Below are positions 28,839 through 38,596 of a DNA stretch of 39,918 nucleotides, one piece after another (the first letter of the stretch is position 1; each line of letters begins with the position of its first letter). The notes under the pieces were generated by a model, which saw only the letters and a list, made by a program, of their open reading frames with translations, had not been told where the DNA came from and searched no databases. Location of the stretch: assembly GCA_025936275.1 (NCBI GenBank), contig JAICTR010000001.1, forward strand, positions 1-39,918. The letters are read 5' to 3'. The position numbers were made by a program, and so were the translations under genes. The stretch is from Burkholderiales bacterium (GTDB taxonomy: Bacteria > Pseudomonadota > Gammaproteobacteria > Burkholderiales > Usitatibacteraceae).

Positions 28839-29800
28839 CGGATCCCACGCCGCCCCAATGGGAGCGCGCGGTTCTCGAACGCGTCGCGCTGCGCGCCCTG
28901 GATGAGCAGCGACGCTCGCGCCAATGGGGCGCGCTGTTCAAGCTGCTCTGGTTCATCCTCGCCTTCACCATCGTCGCCGCGTGGCTCGGCTGGATCGGCC
29001 GCGGCGAGAAGGAAGCGTCGGTCACCGGAAGCCATACCGCGGTCGTGGACCTCGAAGGGGTGATCGCGCCGGAGGGCAAGGCTTCGGCCGAGCGCGTGAT
29101 CCGCGGGCTCGACCGCGCCTTCAAGGATTCGGGCACCCGCGGCGTGATCCTGCGCATCAACAGCCCCGGCGGAAGCCCGGTGCAGGCGGGCCACATCTAC
29201 GACGAGATGAAGAGGCTGCGCGCGAAGTATCCGTCGGTCCCGCTCTACGTCGTGGTCCAGGACCTGTGCGCGTCGGGGGGCTACTACGTCGCCGCCGCCG
29301 CCGACCGCATCTACGTCGACAAGGCGAGCCTCGTGGGCTCGATCGGCGTCATCATCAGCAGCTTCGGCTTCACCGGCGCCATGGACAAGCTCGGCATCGA
29401 GCGCCGCGCCTACACCGCGGGCGAGAACAAGGACTTCCTCGATCCGTTCGCGCCCGAGAACGCGACGCAACGCGAGTACGCGCAGAAGATGCTCGACGAG
29501 ATCCACCAGCAGTTCATCAAGGCGGTGCGCGACGGGCGCGGCAAGCGGCTCAAGGAGACGCCCGACATGTTCTCCGGGCTGGTCTGGACCGGCGCGAAGA
29601 GCGTCGAGCTCGGGCTCGCCGACGGCTTCGGCAGCACGCAATCGGTCGCGCGCGACGTGATCAAGGCCGAGAAGCTGGTCGACTACACCCCGGAGGACTC
29701 GGTGTTCGAGACGCTTTCGCGCCGCTTCGGCACGTCCTTCGGCGCCGCCCTCGGGCGCGCGGCGCTCGAATCGGCGTTCACCGCGCGCGGGCTGCGCTAG
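28835..29800 (+). CDS. sppA: S49 family peptidase (SppA-like)
   Basis: N-terminal TM, LRINSPGGSPV, ASGGYY, GSIGV, FSGLVWTG. Confidence 0.92.
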   Translation: MTDPTPPQWERAVLERVALRALDEQRRSRQWGALFKLLWFILAFTIVAAWLGWIGRGEKEASVTGSHTAVVDLEGVIAPEGKASAERVIRGLDRAFKDSGTRGVILRINSPGGSPVQAGHIYDEMKRLRAKYPSVPLYVVVQDLCASGGYYVAAAADRIYVDKASLVGSIGVIISSFGFTGAMDKLGIERRAYTAGENKDFLDPFAPENATQREYAQKMLDEIHQQFIKAVRDGRGKRLKETPDMFSGLVWTGAKSVELGLADGFGSTQSVARDVIKAEKLVDYTPEDSVFETLSRRFGTSFGAALGRAALESAFTARGLR

Positions 29801-29803
29801 CGC

Positions 29804-32311
29804 GTGGAAAGCCTCACCACCGAAGGCCGGAGCGCGGCGCTGCCGGAAACGAGCGAGGCCGAGCGCACCCTGCGCGCGAGCGACGGCTTCCTGCGCGCGA
29901 TCGTCGAGAGCTCCCCGATCGCGATCTTCACCACCGACCGCCAGGGTCTCGTGACGTTCTGGAACCCGGCCGCGGAGCGCACTTTCGGCTTCACGCGCGA
30001 GCAGGCGCTCGGCCATTTCGCGCCGTTCGTGCCGCCCGATCGCCATGCCGAGGCGCACGACCTGCGCGAGCGCATCCTCGGCGGCGAGGTGCTCGACGGC
30101 CTGCAGCTCGAGCGCGTGCGCGCCGACGGCAGCGCGATGGTGATCCGCGGCTCGGCCGCGCCGCTTCGCGACGGCGAGGAGCGCGTCGTGGGCATCCTCG
30201 TCGCCTGCGTCGACGTGACCGAGACGCGGCGCGCCGCCGAGGAGCTGGAGCGCCACCTGCATTTCACGCGCGCGTTGATCGACGCGATTCCCAATCCGGT
30301 CTACTACAAGGACCTCGCCGGCCGCTACCGCGTGCACAACCGCGCCTGGGCGGAGCTCTTCGGCGGCACCGAGAACTGGATCGGGCGCACCGTGTTCGAC
30401 ATGTACCCGCCGGAAATCGCCCGGGTGCACGACGAGCGCGACCGCACGCTCTTCGATCGCCCGGCGTCGACCACCTACGAGGTGCGCATGCCCACCGTCT
30501 CGGGCGAGACGCGGCAGATGCTCTACAACAAGGTGAGCTTCGTCGACCGCGAGGGCGAGGTCGCGGGGCTGATCGGCGTGGTGACCGACGTCACGCGCTA
30601 CAAGGAAACCGAGCGCGCGCTCGAAGCGAGCGAGGCGCGCTTCCGCGTGCTCACCGAGAGCTCGCTCGACCTCATCTCCGTGGTCGAGGCCGATGGGCGC
30701 GTGCGCTACCAGAGCGGGGCGCTGAGGAGCCTCCTCGGCTACGACCCGGCCGAGACCGTCGGCAAGAACGTGTTCGAGATGGTGCACCGCGACGATGCCG
30801 AGCATTTCCGCGCGGCGCTGCGCCGCATCATCGAGTCGCGCCAGTCCACCGCGCCGATCGAGCTGCGCCTGCGGCACCGCGACGGCAACTGGCGCACCTT
30901 CGAATCCCTCGGCACCAACTGCCTCGACAACCCGCACATCGGCGGCGTCGTCTTCAACTCGCGCGACGTCACCGACCGCAAGGTGATCCAGCAGCGCATC
31001 CAGCACCTCGCGTACCACGACAACCTCACGGGGCTGCCCAACCGCTCGCTGCTGCAGGATCGCCTGGCGCATGCCATCGCGCGCGCCGAGCGCTCGCATC
31101 GCAAGGTGGCGGTGCTCTTCATCGACCTCGACAACTTCAAGAACATCAACGACACGCTGGGCCACGACGTGGGAGACGAGCTGCTGCGCCAGGTGGCGCG
31201 CAGGCTTTCCGATTGCGTGCGCGTCGAGGACACCATCGCCCGCCAGGGCGGCGACGAGTTCATCGTGCTCCTCGACAGCCTCGAGGACAGCCGCGGGGCA
31301 TCGCTGGTCGCGCAGAAGGTGCTGAACGGGCTGCGGCTGCCGTTCTCGCTCGGCGCGACCGAGCAGCACGTGAGCGCGTCGGTCGGTATCTCGCTCTATC
31401 CGGAGGACGGACGCGACGCGCAGACGCTCATGAAGAACGCCGACACGGCGATGTTCCACGGCAAGAGCCTCGGCAAGAACACCTATCAGTTCTTCACCTC
31501 GCAGATGAACATCGCGGTGAAGCGCCGCATGACGCTCGAATCGGCCCTGCGCCGCGCGGTGGTGCAGAAGGACTTCGTGCTGCACTACCAGCCGCAGATC
31601 AACCTCGAGACCGGCGAGGTGATCGCGGTGGAGGCCCTGGTGCGCTGGAAGACCGAGGACAGCGGCACCGTGATGCCGGGCGACTTCATCCCGCTCGCCG
31701 AGGAGACCGGGCTCATCAACGAGATCGGGGAATGGGTGCTGCGCGAGGGCTGCCGGCAGGCGAAGGAGTGGCAGGACCAGGGGCTGCCGGCGCGGCGCAT
31801 GGCGGTGAACCTTTCCGCGCGCCAGTTCGCCGACCGCGGCTTCTTCGACATGGTGACGCGCGTGCTCGCGGATACGCGGCTCGACCCCTCGTGCCTGGAG
31901 CTCGAGATCACCGAGAGCCAGGTGATGCGCCAGACCGAGGGCGTGATGACGCTCCTGAATCGCCTCTCGAAGATGGGCGTGCACCTGGCGATCGACGACT
32001 TCGGCACCGGCTACTCGAGCCTCTCCTACCTCAAGCGCCTGCCGATCCAGAAGCTGAAGATCGACCAGTCCTTCATCCGCGACATCACCGTCGATCCCAA
32101 CGACACGGCGATCGTGGTGGCGATCATCAACATGGCGAGGAGCCTCGACCTGGAGACGATCGCCGAGGGCGTGGAGACGGCGGGCCAGCTCGCGCTGCTG
32201 CGCTCGAAGGGCTGCCGCCTGGGGCAAGGCTTCTACTTCTCCGCGCCGGTGCGGGGCGAGGCGCTGTATCCGCTTCTGCGCACCAACAACTTGTACACAA
32301 CCGCGGAGTAG
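29804..32311 (+). CDS. PAS-PAS-PAS-GGDEF-EAL c-di-GMP enzyme
   Basis: Three PAS/PAC segments, HDNLTGLPNR, ARQGGDEF, VEALVRW, IDDFGTGYSSL, EGVET, GQGFYF. Confidence 0.93.
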   Translation: MESLTTEGRSAALPETSEAERTLRASDGFLRAIVESSPIAIFTTDRQGLVTFWNPAAERTFGFTREQALGHFAPFVPPDRHAEAHDLRERILGGEVLDGLQLERVRADGSAMVIRGSAAPLRDGEERVVGILVACVDVTETRRAAEELERHLHFTRALIDAIPNPVYYKDLAGRYRVHNRAWAELFGGTENWIGRTVFDMYPPEIARVHDERDRTLFDRPASTTYEVRMPTVSGETRQMLYNKVSFVDREGEVAGLIGVVTDVTRYKETERALEASEARFRVLTESSLDLISVVEADGRVRYQSGALRSLLGYDPAETVGKNVFEMVHRDDAEHFRAALRRIIESRQSTAPIELRLRHRDGNWRTFESLGTNCLDNPHIGGVVFNSRDVTDRKVIQQRIQHLAYHDNLTGLPNRSLLQDRLAHAIARAERSHRKVAVLFIDLDNFKNINDTLGHDVGDELLRQVARRLSDCVRVEDTIARQGGDEFIVLLDSLEDSRGASLVAQKVLNGLRLPFSLGATEQHVSASVGISLYPEDGRDAQTLMKNADTAMFHGKSLGKNTYQFFTSQMNIAVKRRMTLESALRRAVVQKDFVLHYQPQINLETGEVIAVEALVRWKTEDSGTVMPGDFIPLAEETGLINEIGEWVLREGCRQAKEWQDQGLPARRMAVNLSARQFADRGFFDMVTRVLADTRLDPSCLELEITESQVMRQTEGVMTLLNRLSKMGVHLAIDDFGTGYSSLSYLKRLPIQKLKIDQSFIRDITVDPNDTAIVVAIINMARSLDLETIAEGVETAGQLALLRSKGCRLGQGFYFSAPVRGEALYPLLRTNNLYTTAE

Positions 32312-32324
32312 GCGAAGCGGGAAC

Positions 32325-32359
32325 GATGTTGGAGCGGACGCTTCGCGCCGCTCAACATC
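32325..32359. terminator. Long hairpin between convergent genes (terminator or REP-like)
   Basis: GATGTTG-G-AGCGG-A-CGC / TTC / GCG-CCGCT-CAACATC imperfect inverted repeat; no clear U-tract. Confidence 0.5.
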
Positions 32360-32380
32360 ACCGGGCAGAACCTTACCTGG

Positions 32381-33094
32381 TCACGCAAGCAACAGGAAAA
32401 TCGCGGGCCGCTTGCCGATCGCGGGCGAGGGCCGCGACTTCCATCCTTCCGCGGTATCCATGCGGATCCACTCGCCGGGCGCGGTGAGATCGACCGCGAC
32501 GCACAGGCGCGTTCCGCCCTTGCAGGCGTGCAGCACATCGGCGAGGAGCGCGTCGTTGCGATACGGCGTCTCGATGAAGACCTGCGTCTCGCGATGGCGC
32601 GCGGAGTCGCGCTCGAGCTCCGCGATCCGCGCGCGGCGTGGGGCCGACTCCACCGGCAGGTAGCCCGCGAAGCGGAAGCGCTGCCCTTCGAGGCCGCTCG
32701 CCATGAGCGCGAGCAGGATCGACGAGGGGCCCGCGAGCGGCACCACGGCGATGCCGCGCGCATGGGCTTCGGCCACGAGCTGCGCGCCGGGATCGGCCAC
32801 CGCCGGGGCGCCCGCCTCCGAGAGCAATCCGACATCGCGGCCTTCGAGGAGCGGGGCGAGGAGAGCGGGCACGGATGCGCGATCGGTATGCTCGTCGAGC
32901 GTCGAAAGCCGCAGCTCGCGCATCGGCTTCGGATGGCCGCATGCGGCGAGGAAGCGGCGGGCCGAGCGCGCGTTCTCGACCACGAAGCATTCGAGCGAGC
33001 GCGCTCGCGCGAGGACCGCGGCGGGCAGCACCGCTTCGGGCGGTGCATCCTCCGAAAGCCACGTGGGAACGAGGTACAGGCGGCCGTTCGCCAT
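32381..33094 (-). CDS. RsmI-like tetrapyrrole-methylase family SAM methyltransferase
   Basis: GRLYLVPT, GLLSEAGAPAVADPG, GPSSILLALMASG, FIETPYRN. Confidence 0.88.
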   Translation of the reverse strand: MANGRLYLVPTWLSEDAPPEAVLPAAVLARARSLECFVVENARSARRFLAACGHPKPMRELRLSTLDEHTDRASVPALLAPLLEGRDVGLLSEAGAPAVADPGAQLVAEAHARGIAVVPLAGPSSILLALMASGLEGQRFRFAGYLPVESAPRRARIAELERDSARHRETQVFIETPYRNDALLADVLHACKGGTRLCVAVDLTAPGEWIRMDTAEGWKSRPSPAIGKRPAIFLLLA

Positions 33095-33678
33095 CACGGC
33101 ACCTCGAAGCCTTCGGCGCGCAGCATCTCCCCGAGGGCGATCAACGGCAGGCCGACGAGCGCCGTCGGATCGTCGCCGCGCAGGCGCGCGAGCAGGCTCA
33201 CGCCGAGCGCTTCGCTCTTGGCGCTTCCCGCGCAATCGAGCGCCGGCTCGCGCGCGAGATAGCGCTCGATCTCGGCATCGGAGAGCGCGCGGAACGCCAC
33301 ATCGGTGGTGACGACGCGCTCGCGCACCCGCGCCGAAGCGCGAGACAGGCAAAGCGCGGTGTGGAAGAGGGCGCTCCGGCCGCTCAGCTCGCGCAGCTGG
33401 CGGCGGGCGTTCGCGAGCGTCCCGGGCTTGCCGATCGGCCGCCCGTCGAGCTCCGCGACCTGGTCGGAGCCGATGATCCATGCGCCCGGAAAGCGCGCCT
33501 CGCCGGCTTGCGCCTTCGCGCGGGCGAGCCGGATCGCGGTGGCGCGCGGCGCTTCGCCCGCGAGCGGCGCCTCGTCGATGTCCGGCGACCAGGATTCGAA
33601 GGGAAGCCCGAGGCGGCTCAAAAGCTGGCGCCGGTAGGGCGAGGAAGACGCCAGTACAAGACTAGGGAAAACATCCAT
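33094..33678 (-). CDS. maf: Maf-like nucleotide pyrophosphatase (YceF type)
   Basis: LVLASSSPYRRQLL, IIGSDQVA, GKPG, CAGSAKSE, LVGLPL; divergent from yceD. Confidence 0.93.
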   Translation of the reverse strand: MDVFPSLVLASSSPYRRQLLSRLGLPFESWSPDIDEAPLAGEAPRATAIRLARAKAQAGEARFPGAWIIGSDQVAELDGRPIGKPGTLANARRQLRELSGRSALFHTALCLSRASARVRERVVTTDVAFRALSDAEIERYLAREPALDCAGSAKSEALGVSLLARLRGDDPTALVGLPLIALGEMLRAEGFEVP

Positions 33679-33731
33679 TTACGAGTTGTTCTTAAAGTTA
33701 AATATAAAATCAAACCTGCTATAATCGCACG
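33679..33731 (+). promoter_or_regulatory. AT-rich divergent promoter; extended -10 for the yceD-rpmF-fab operon
   Basis: TGCTATAAT at 33717-33725, 6 nt before ATG 33732. Confidence 0.7.
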
Positions 33732-34226
33732 ATGTCCGCCGAGCTTCTCATCCATCCCGACCGCATCGGCACGAAGCCCCAGGAGTGGCGCGGCACTTTC
33801 AAGCCGGCCGAGCTCGAGCGCCTGGAGGAAAGCCTCGCCGACGGCGAGGGCGAGCTCCACTATCGCATCACGGCGGCGCTGGATCGGAGACGCCGCAAGA
33901 CCCTGTCGTGTATAATCGAGGGCTTCGTTTTTCTCACGTGCCAGGTGAGTCTCGAGGCTTTCCGGCACGACGTCTCGATCTCGGATCACCTCGTCCTCGT
34001 GGACCGCGAGGAGGAGCTTCCGCCGATCGGGGAGGAAAGCGATGCGGAAGATTACCTCGTCGCCGACGAGCCGCTGGACATCCGCGACCTGGTCGAGGAT
34101 GCGGTGCTCCTCTCCCTGCCGATGGTGCCGCGCAAGCCCGGCCTGGAGGACACCGTGGGAGGCAACGAGGCCGTCTCACGCGTGACGCCCTTCGCGGCGC
34201 TCGCGGGCCTCAAGCGCAAGCAATGA
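33732..34226 (+). CDS. yceD: YceD / DUF177 family protein
   Basis: [34 protein letters not shown]; lies upstream of rpmF. Confidence 0.9.
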   Translation: MSAELLIHPDRIGTKPQEWRGTFKPAELERLEESLADGEGELHYRITAALDRRRRKTLSCIIEGFVFLTCQVSLEAFRHDVSISDHLVLVDREEELPPIGEESDAEDYLVADEPLDIRDLVEDAVLLSLPMVPRKPGLEDTVGGNEAVSRVTPFAALAGLKRKQ

Positions 34227-34275
34227 CGATACGGGCCTTCCCCGCGGAGGGGAAAGGGCCTCACAGGAGAAATTC

Positions 34276-34452
34276 ATGGCCGTTCAACAGAACAAGAAGT
34301 CGCCGTCGAAGCGCGGCATGCACCGTGCGCACGACCACCTGGGCACGCCGCCCACCGCCGTCGAGCCCACCACGGGCGAGACGCACCTGCGCCACCACAT
34401 CTCGCCGTCGGGCTACTACCGCGGCAAGCGGGTGATCCAGTCCAAGGACTGA
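34276..34452 (+). CDS. rpmF: 50S ribosomal protein L32
   Basis: Hand translation [22 protein letters not shown]...[22 protein letters not shown] (58 aa, absent from the ORF track); AGGAG RBS. Confidence 0.97.
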   Translation: MAVQQNKKSPSKRGMHRAHDHLGTPPTAVEPTTGETHLRHHISPSGYYRGKRVIQSKD

Positions 34453-34492
34453 GCGCCGCGCCGCCCGTGCCGGGCGCGCGCCACCGCATCCC

Positions 34493-35536
34493 ATGACGAC
34501 CGTCATCGCCGTCGACGCGATGGGCGGGGACCACGGGCCGTCGGTCACCGTGCCGGCGTGCCTCGATTTCCTCGACGCGCACCCCGGCTTCGAGCTCGCC
34601 CTCGTCGGGCTTTCCGAGCCGATCGGACGCGAGCTCGCGCGTGCGCGGGCTTCCGGCCGCGCCGGCATCCGCGTGGTGTCCGCCACGCAAGTGGTCGGCA
34701 TGGACGAAGACGTGCGCACCGCCATCCGCACCAAGAAGGATTCCTCGATGCGCGTCGCGATCGACCTGGTGAAGGACGGCCACGCGCAGGCCTGCGTGAG
34801 CGCGGGCAACACCGGCGCATTGATGGGCACGGCGAAGTTCGTGCTGAAGACGCTCCCCGGCATCGACCGGCCCGCGATCTGCGCGGTGCTCCCGACGCGC
34901 ACCGGGCAGGTGTACGCGCTCGACCTGGGCGCGAACGCGGACTGCACGCCGGAGAACCTGCTGCAATTCGCGATCATGGGCTCGACGCTGGTGAAGGCGG
35001 TGGAAGGCAAGGAGCGCCCGAGCGTGGGGCTGCTCAACATCGGCGCCGAGGACATCAAGGGCAACGATGTCGTGAAGAAGGCGGCGGAGCTGCTGCGCGC
35101 GAGCCCCCTCAACTTCCACGGCAACGTCGAGGGCGACGACATCTACCGCGGCACTACCGACGTCGTGGTGTGCGACGGCTTCGTGGGCAACGTCGCGCTG
35201 AAGACTTCCGAGGGCCTCGCGCGGATGCTGGGCGATTTCCTGAAGGAGGAGTACACGCGCAGCGTCTTCACGCGCCTCGCCGCGCTCGTGTCCTGGCCGG
35301 TGATCCGCGCCTTCCGCCGCCGCGTCGACCATCGCCGCTACAACGGCGCGGCGCTCCTCGGCTTGCGCGGCATCGTCGTGAAGAGCCACGGCTCGGCCGA
35401 CCGGCTCGCCTTCACGACCGCCATCGCGCGCGCGGCGAGCGAGGCGTCCCACGGTCTTCTCGAGCGCATCGGCGAGGAGGTCGCCGCGATGGCGCCGCTC
35501 GCCGCATCGCCGCCTTCCGCGCAAGCCGCGCTATGA
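34493..35536 (+). CDS. plsX: Phosphate acyltransferase PlsX
   Basis: [45 protein letters not shown]. Confidence 0.97.
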   Translation: MTTVIAVDAMGGDHGPSVTVPACLDFLDAHPGFELALVGLSEPIGRELARARASGRAGIRVVSATQVVGMDEDVRTAIRTKKDSSMRVAIDLVKDGHAQACVSAGNTGALMGTAKFVLKTLPGIDRPAICAVLPTRTGQVYALDLGANADCTPENLLQFAIMGSTLVKAVEGKERPSVGLLNIGAEDIKGNDVVKKAAELLRASPLNFHGNVEGDDIYRGTTDVVVCDGFVGNVALKTSEGLARMLGDFLKEEYTRSVFTRLAALVSWPVIRAFRRRVDHRRYNGAALLGLRGIVVKSHGSADRLAFTTAIARAASEASHGLLERIGEEVAAMAPLAASPPSAQAAL

Positions 35537-36495
35537 CGGGCTACGCACGCATCACCGGCACCGGGAGCTACCTCCCCGACAAGGTCCTCACCAACCGCGA
35601 CCTCGAGTCGATCGTCGAGACGAGCGACGAGTGGATCGTCGCGCGCACCGGCATTCGCCAGCGGCACGTGGCGGCGGAAGGGCAATTCACCAGCGACCTC
35701 GCACTCGCGGCGTCGCGCAAGGCGCTCGCCGCGGCGCGCCGCACGCCGGACGACGTGGACCTGGTGATCGTCGCGACCTCCACGCCCGACATGGTGTTCC
35801 CGTCGAGCGCGTGCCTGCTGCAGGGCAAGCTCGGCGTCACGCACGGCGCGGCTTTCGACCTGCAGGCGGTGTGCTCGGGCTTCGTCTACGCGCTCGCGAC
35901 GGCCGACCTCTTCGTGCGCTCGGGGCGGCACCGCTGCGCGCTGGTGGTGGGCGCGGAGATCTTCTCGCGCATCCTCGACTGGAAGGACCGCTCGACCTGC
36001 GTGCTCTTCGGCGACGGCGCGGGCGCCGTGGTGCTCGAGGCTTCCGACCAGCCCGGCATCCTTTCCAGCCACCTGCACGCCGACGGGCGCCACGCCGGCA
36101 TCCTCAACACGCCCGGGCACGTCTGCGGCGGCGCGGTGCAGGGCGATCCCACGCTCAAGATGGACGGGGGCGCGGTCTTCAAGCTCGCCGTGCGCGTGCT
36201 CGAGGAGAATGCGCGCGAGGCGCTCGCCGCGAACGGGCTCGGCATCGAGGACGTCGACGCCTACATCGCGCACCAGGCGAACGTGCGCATCATCTCGCAC
36301 GTCGCGAAGAAGCTCGGCATTGCCGAATCGCGCTGCGTGGTCACCGTCGATCGCCATGCCAACACCTCCGCCGCCTCGGTGCCGCTCGCGCTCGACGTCG
36401 CGGTGCGCGAGGGGCGCGTGAAGCGCGGCGACACCCTGCTGCTGCAGGGCGTGGGCGGCGGCTTCACCTGGGGCTCGGTGCTCCTCAAGTATTGA
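35533..36495 (+). CDS. fabH: 3-oxoacyl-ACP synthase III
   Basis: TSDEWI..RTGI, AVCSGF, FGDGAGA, HQAN, NTSAAS, GGGFTWG; ATGA overlap with plsX. Confidence 0.97.
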   Translation: MTGYARITGTGSYLPDKVLTNRDLESIVETSDEWIVARTGIRQRHVAAEGQFTSDLALAASRKALAAARRTPDDVDLVIVATSTPDMVFPSSACLLQGKLGVTHGAAFDLQAVCSGFVYALATADLFVRSGRHRCALVVGAEIFSRILDWKDRSTCVLFGDGAGAVVLEASDQPGILSSHLHADGRHAGILNTPGHVCGGAVQGDPTLKMDGGAVFKLAVRVLEENAREALAANGLGIEDVDAYIAHQANVRIISHVAKKLGIAESRCVVTVDRHANTSAASVPLALDVAVREGRVKRGDTLLLQGVGGGFTWGSVLLKY

Positions 36496-36509
36496 TGGGA
36501 GCCACGCCC

Positions 36510-37454
36510 ATGCTCGCGATCGTCTTTCCCGGACAAGGCTCGCAATCGGTCGGCATGATGAAGGGCTTCGCCGCCGATCCGATCGTGCAGGCGACGTTCC
36601 TCGAGGCGGCCGACCTCGCGGGCGTCGATTACTGGGCGATGGTGAACGACGGTCCGCCCGAGGCCTTGAACCTGACCGTGAACACGCAGCCGCTGATGCT
36701 CGTCGCGGGAGTGGCCTGCTGGCGCGCATGGCGCGTGCGCGGCGGGCCGATGCCGGCGTGGTTCGCGGGCCACAGCCTGGGCGAGTACACGGCGCTCGTC
36801 GCCGCGGGCGCGCTCGATTTCGCCGACGCCGTTCCGCTGGTGCGCTTCCGTGCGCAGGCGATGCAGGAAGCGGTGCCCGAGGGCACCGGCGGCATCGCGG
36901 CGATCCTGGGATTGGACGATGCGAAGCTCGCGGAGCTCTGCGCGCAAAGCGCAACGGCGACGGCGGGAGAGGTGGTCGAGCCGGCGAACCTCAATTCCCC
37001 GGGCCAGGTGGTGATCGCCGGCCACCGCGCGGCGGTCGAGCGCGCGATGGCGAAGGCGAAGGAGATGGGCGCGAAGCGCGCGGTGATGCTGCCGATGAGC
37101 GCGCCCTCCCATTGCAGCCTGATGCGGCCCGCGGCCGAGCGCCTGCGCGAGCGCCTCGCGCAGGTCGCATTGCGCAAGCCCGCGGTGCCGGTGGTCCACA
37201 ACCGCTTCGTCGCCGCCTTCGACGATCCGGCGCGCATCCGCGAGGCGCTGGTCGAGCAGCTCGACCATCCGGTGCGCTGGATCGAATCGGTGCGCTTCCT
37301 CGCGGCGCAGGGCGTGGACCGGATCGTCGAGTGCGGGCCGGGCAAGGTGCTCGCCGGGCTCGTGAAGCGCATCGCGCCGGAGGTCGCGACGGTCGCGATC
37401 CAGGATTCGGCGGCGCTCGATGCCGCCCTCGCAGCGGGGAGCCCGGCATGCTGA
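36510..37454 (+). CDS. fabD: Malonyl-CoA:ACP transacylase
   Basis: FPGQGSQ, GHSLGEY, NSPGQVVIAG, SAPSHC, ECGPGKVL; start at 36510 (GGGAG RBS) or 36495. Confidence 0.96.
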   Translation: MLAIVFPGQGSQSVGMMKGFAADPIVQATFLEAADLAGVDYWAMVNDGPPEALNLTVNTQPLMLVAGVACWRAWRVRGGPMPAWFAGHSLGEYTALVAAGALDFADAVPLVRFRAQAMQEAVPEGTGGIAAILGLDDAKLAELCAQSATATAGEVVEPANLNSPGQVVIAGHRAAVERAMAKAKEMGAKRAVMLPMSAPSHCSLMRPAAERLRERLAQVALRKPAVPVVHNRFVAAFDDPARIREALVEQLDHPVRWIESVRFLAAQGVDRIVECGPGKVLAGLVKRIAPEVATVAIQDSAALDAALAAGSPAC

Positions 37455-38188
37455 AGGAACAGGTCGCGATCGTCACCGGCGCCTCGCGCGGCATCGGCGA
37501 GGCGATCCTCGCCGCGCTCGCGCGCGCCAACGCCACGGTGGTCGGCACGGCGACGGGCGAGAAGGGCGCCGAAGGCATCGCGGCGAGGCTTGCCGAGCTG
37601 GGCGCCAAGGGCGCCGGCAAGGTGCTCGACGTGCGCGACGCGGCGCGTTGCGCGGCGCTGGTGGACGAGGTGCAGAATGAGCTCGGCCCCGTGGCGATCC
37701 TCGTCAACAATGCCGGCATCACGCGCGACAACCTTCTCGCACGCATGAAGGACGAGGAGTGGGACGAGGTGCAGGCGACGGACCTCAAGTCGATCTTCGC
37801 GATGTCGCGCGCGGTCCTGCGCGGCATGATGAAGGCGCGCACCGGGCGTATCGTGAACGTCACCTCGGTCGTGGGATTCACCGGCAACGCCGGCCAGGCG
37901 AACTACGCCGCGGCGAAGGCGGGCATCGTCGGCTTCTCGAAATCGCTCGCGCGCGAGGTGGGAAGCCGCAACATCACGGTGAACTGCGTCGCCCCCGGCT
38001 TCATCGAGACCGACATGACGCGCGCGCTCTCGCCGGAGCAGGTGAAGAAGCTGGTGGAGAACGTGCCGCTGGGGCGCCTCGGGCGCGTGGAGGACGTGGC
38101 GCAGGCGGTGCTCTACCTCTGCTCGCCGGCCGCCTCCTACGTGACGGGCGCGACCCTGCACGTGAACGGCGGAATGCACATGGATTGA
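37448..38188 (+). CDS. fabG: 3-oxoacyl-ACP reductase
   Basis: TGASRGIG, NNAGITRDNL, NYAAAK, PGFIETDMT, NGGM. Confidence 0.97.
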   Translation: MLKEQVAIVTGASRGIGEAILAALARANATVVGTATGEKGAEGIAARLAELGAKGAGKVLDVRDAARCAALVDEVQNELGPVAILVNNAGITRDNLLARMKDEEWDEVQATDLKSIFAMSRAVLRGMMKARTGRIVNVTSVVGFTGNAGQANYAAAKAGIVGFSKSLAREVGSRNITVNCVAPGFIETDMTRALSPEQVKKLVENVPLGRLGRVEDVAQAVLYLCSPAASYVTGATLHVNGGMHMD

Positions 38189-38221
38189 GCCTCTCGCGGC
38201 CCCGGAATCGGGGGTTCGCTA

Positions 38222-38230
38222 TGGTAGAAT
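38222..38230 (+). promoter_or_regulatory. Extended -10 promoter for acpP
   Basis: TG-G-TAGAAT about 70 nt upstream of the acpP start in the fabG-acpP gap. Confidence 0.55.
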
Positions 38231-38299
38231 CGAGCGTTTTTCGTTCGCATCACAGACCAGAATTCGCACCACAAACCAGAATCCGCCTGGAGGAAGTCG

Positions 38300-38539
38300 A
38301 TGGACAACTTTGAAGCCCGCGTGAAGAAGATCGTGGCCGAGCAGCTCGGAGTCGCCGAGGCCGACATCAAGAACGAATCTTCCTTCGTCGAAGACCTGGG
38401 CGCGGACTCCCTCGACAACGTGGAGCTCGTGATGGCGCTCGAGGAGGAGTTCGAGTGCGAGATTCCCGACGAGGAAGCGGAGAAGATCACCAACGTCCAG
38501 CAGGCCGTCGATTACGTCAAGGCCCACGCCAAGCAGTAG
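38300..38539 (+). CDS. acpP: Acyl carrier protein
   Basis: [26 protein letters not shown]; GGAGG RBS. Confidence 0.98.
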   Translation: MDNFEARVKKIVAEQLGVAEADIKNESSFVEDLGADSLDNVELVMALEEEFECEIPDEEAEKITNVQQAVDYVKAHAKQ

Positions 38540-38596
38540 TCCCGCGGCGAATTCCCCGGTCGCGCGCCGCGCGCGGCCCTCACCGCGTCCCACATC

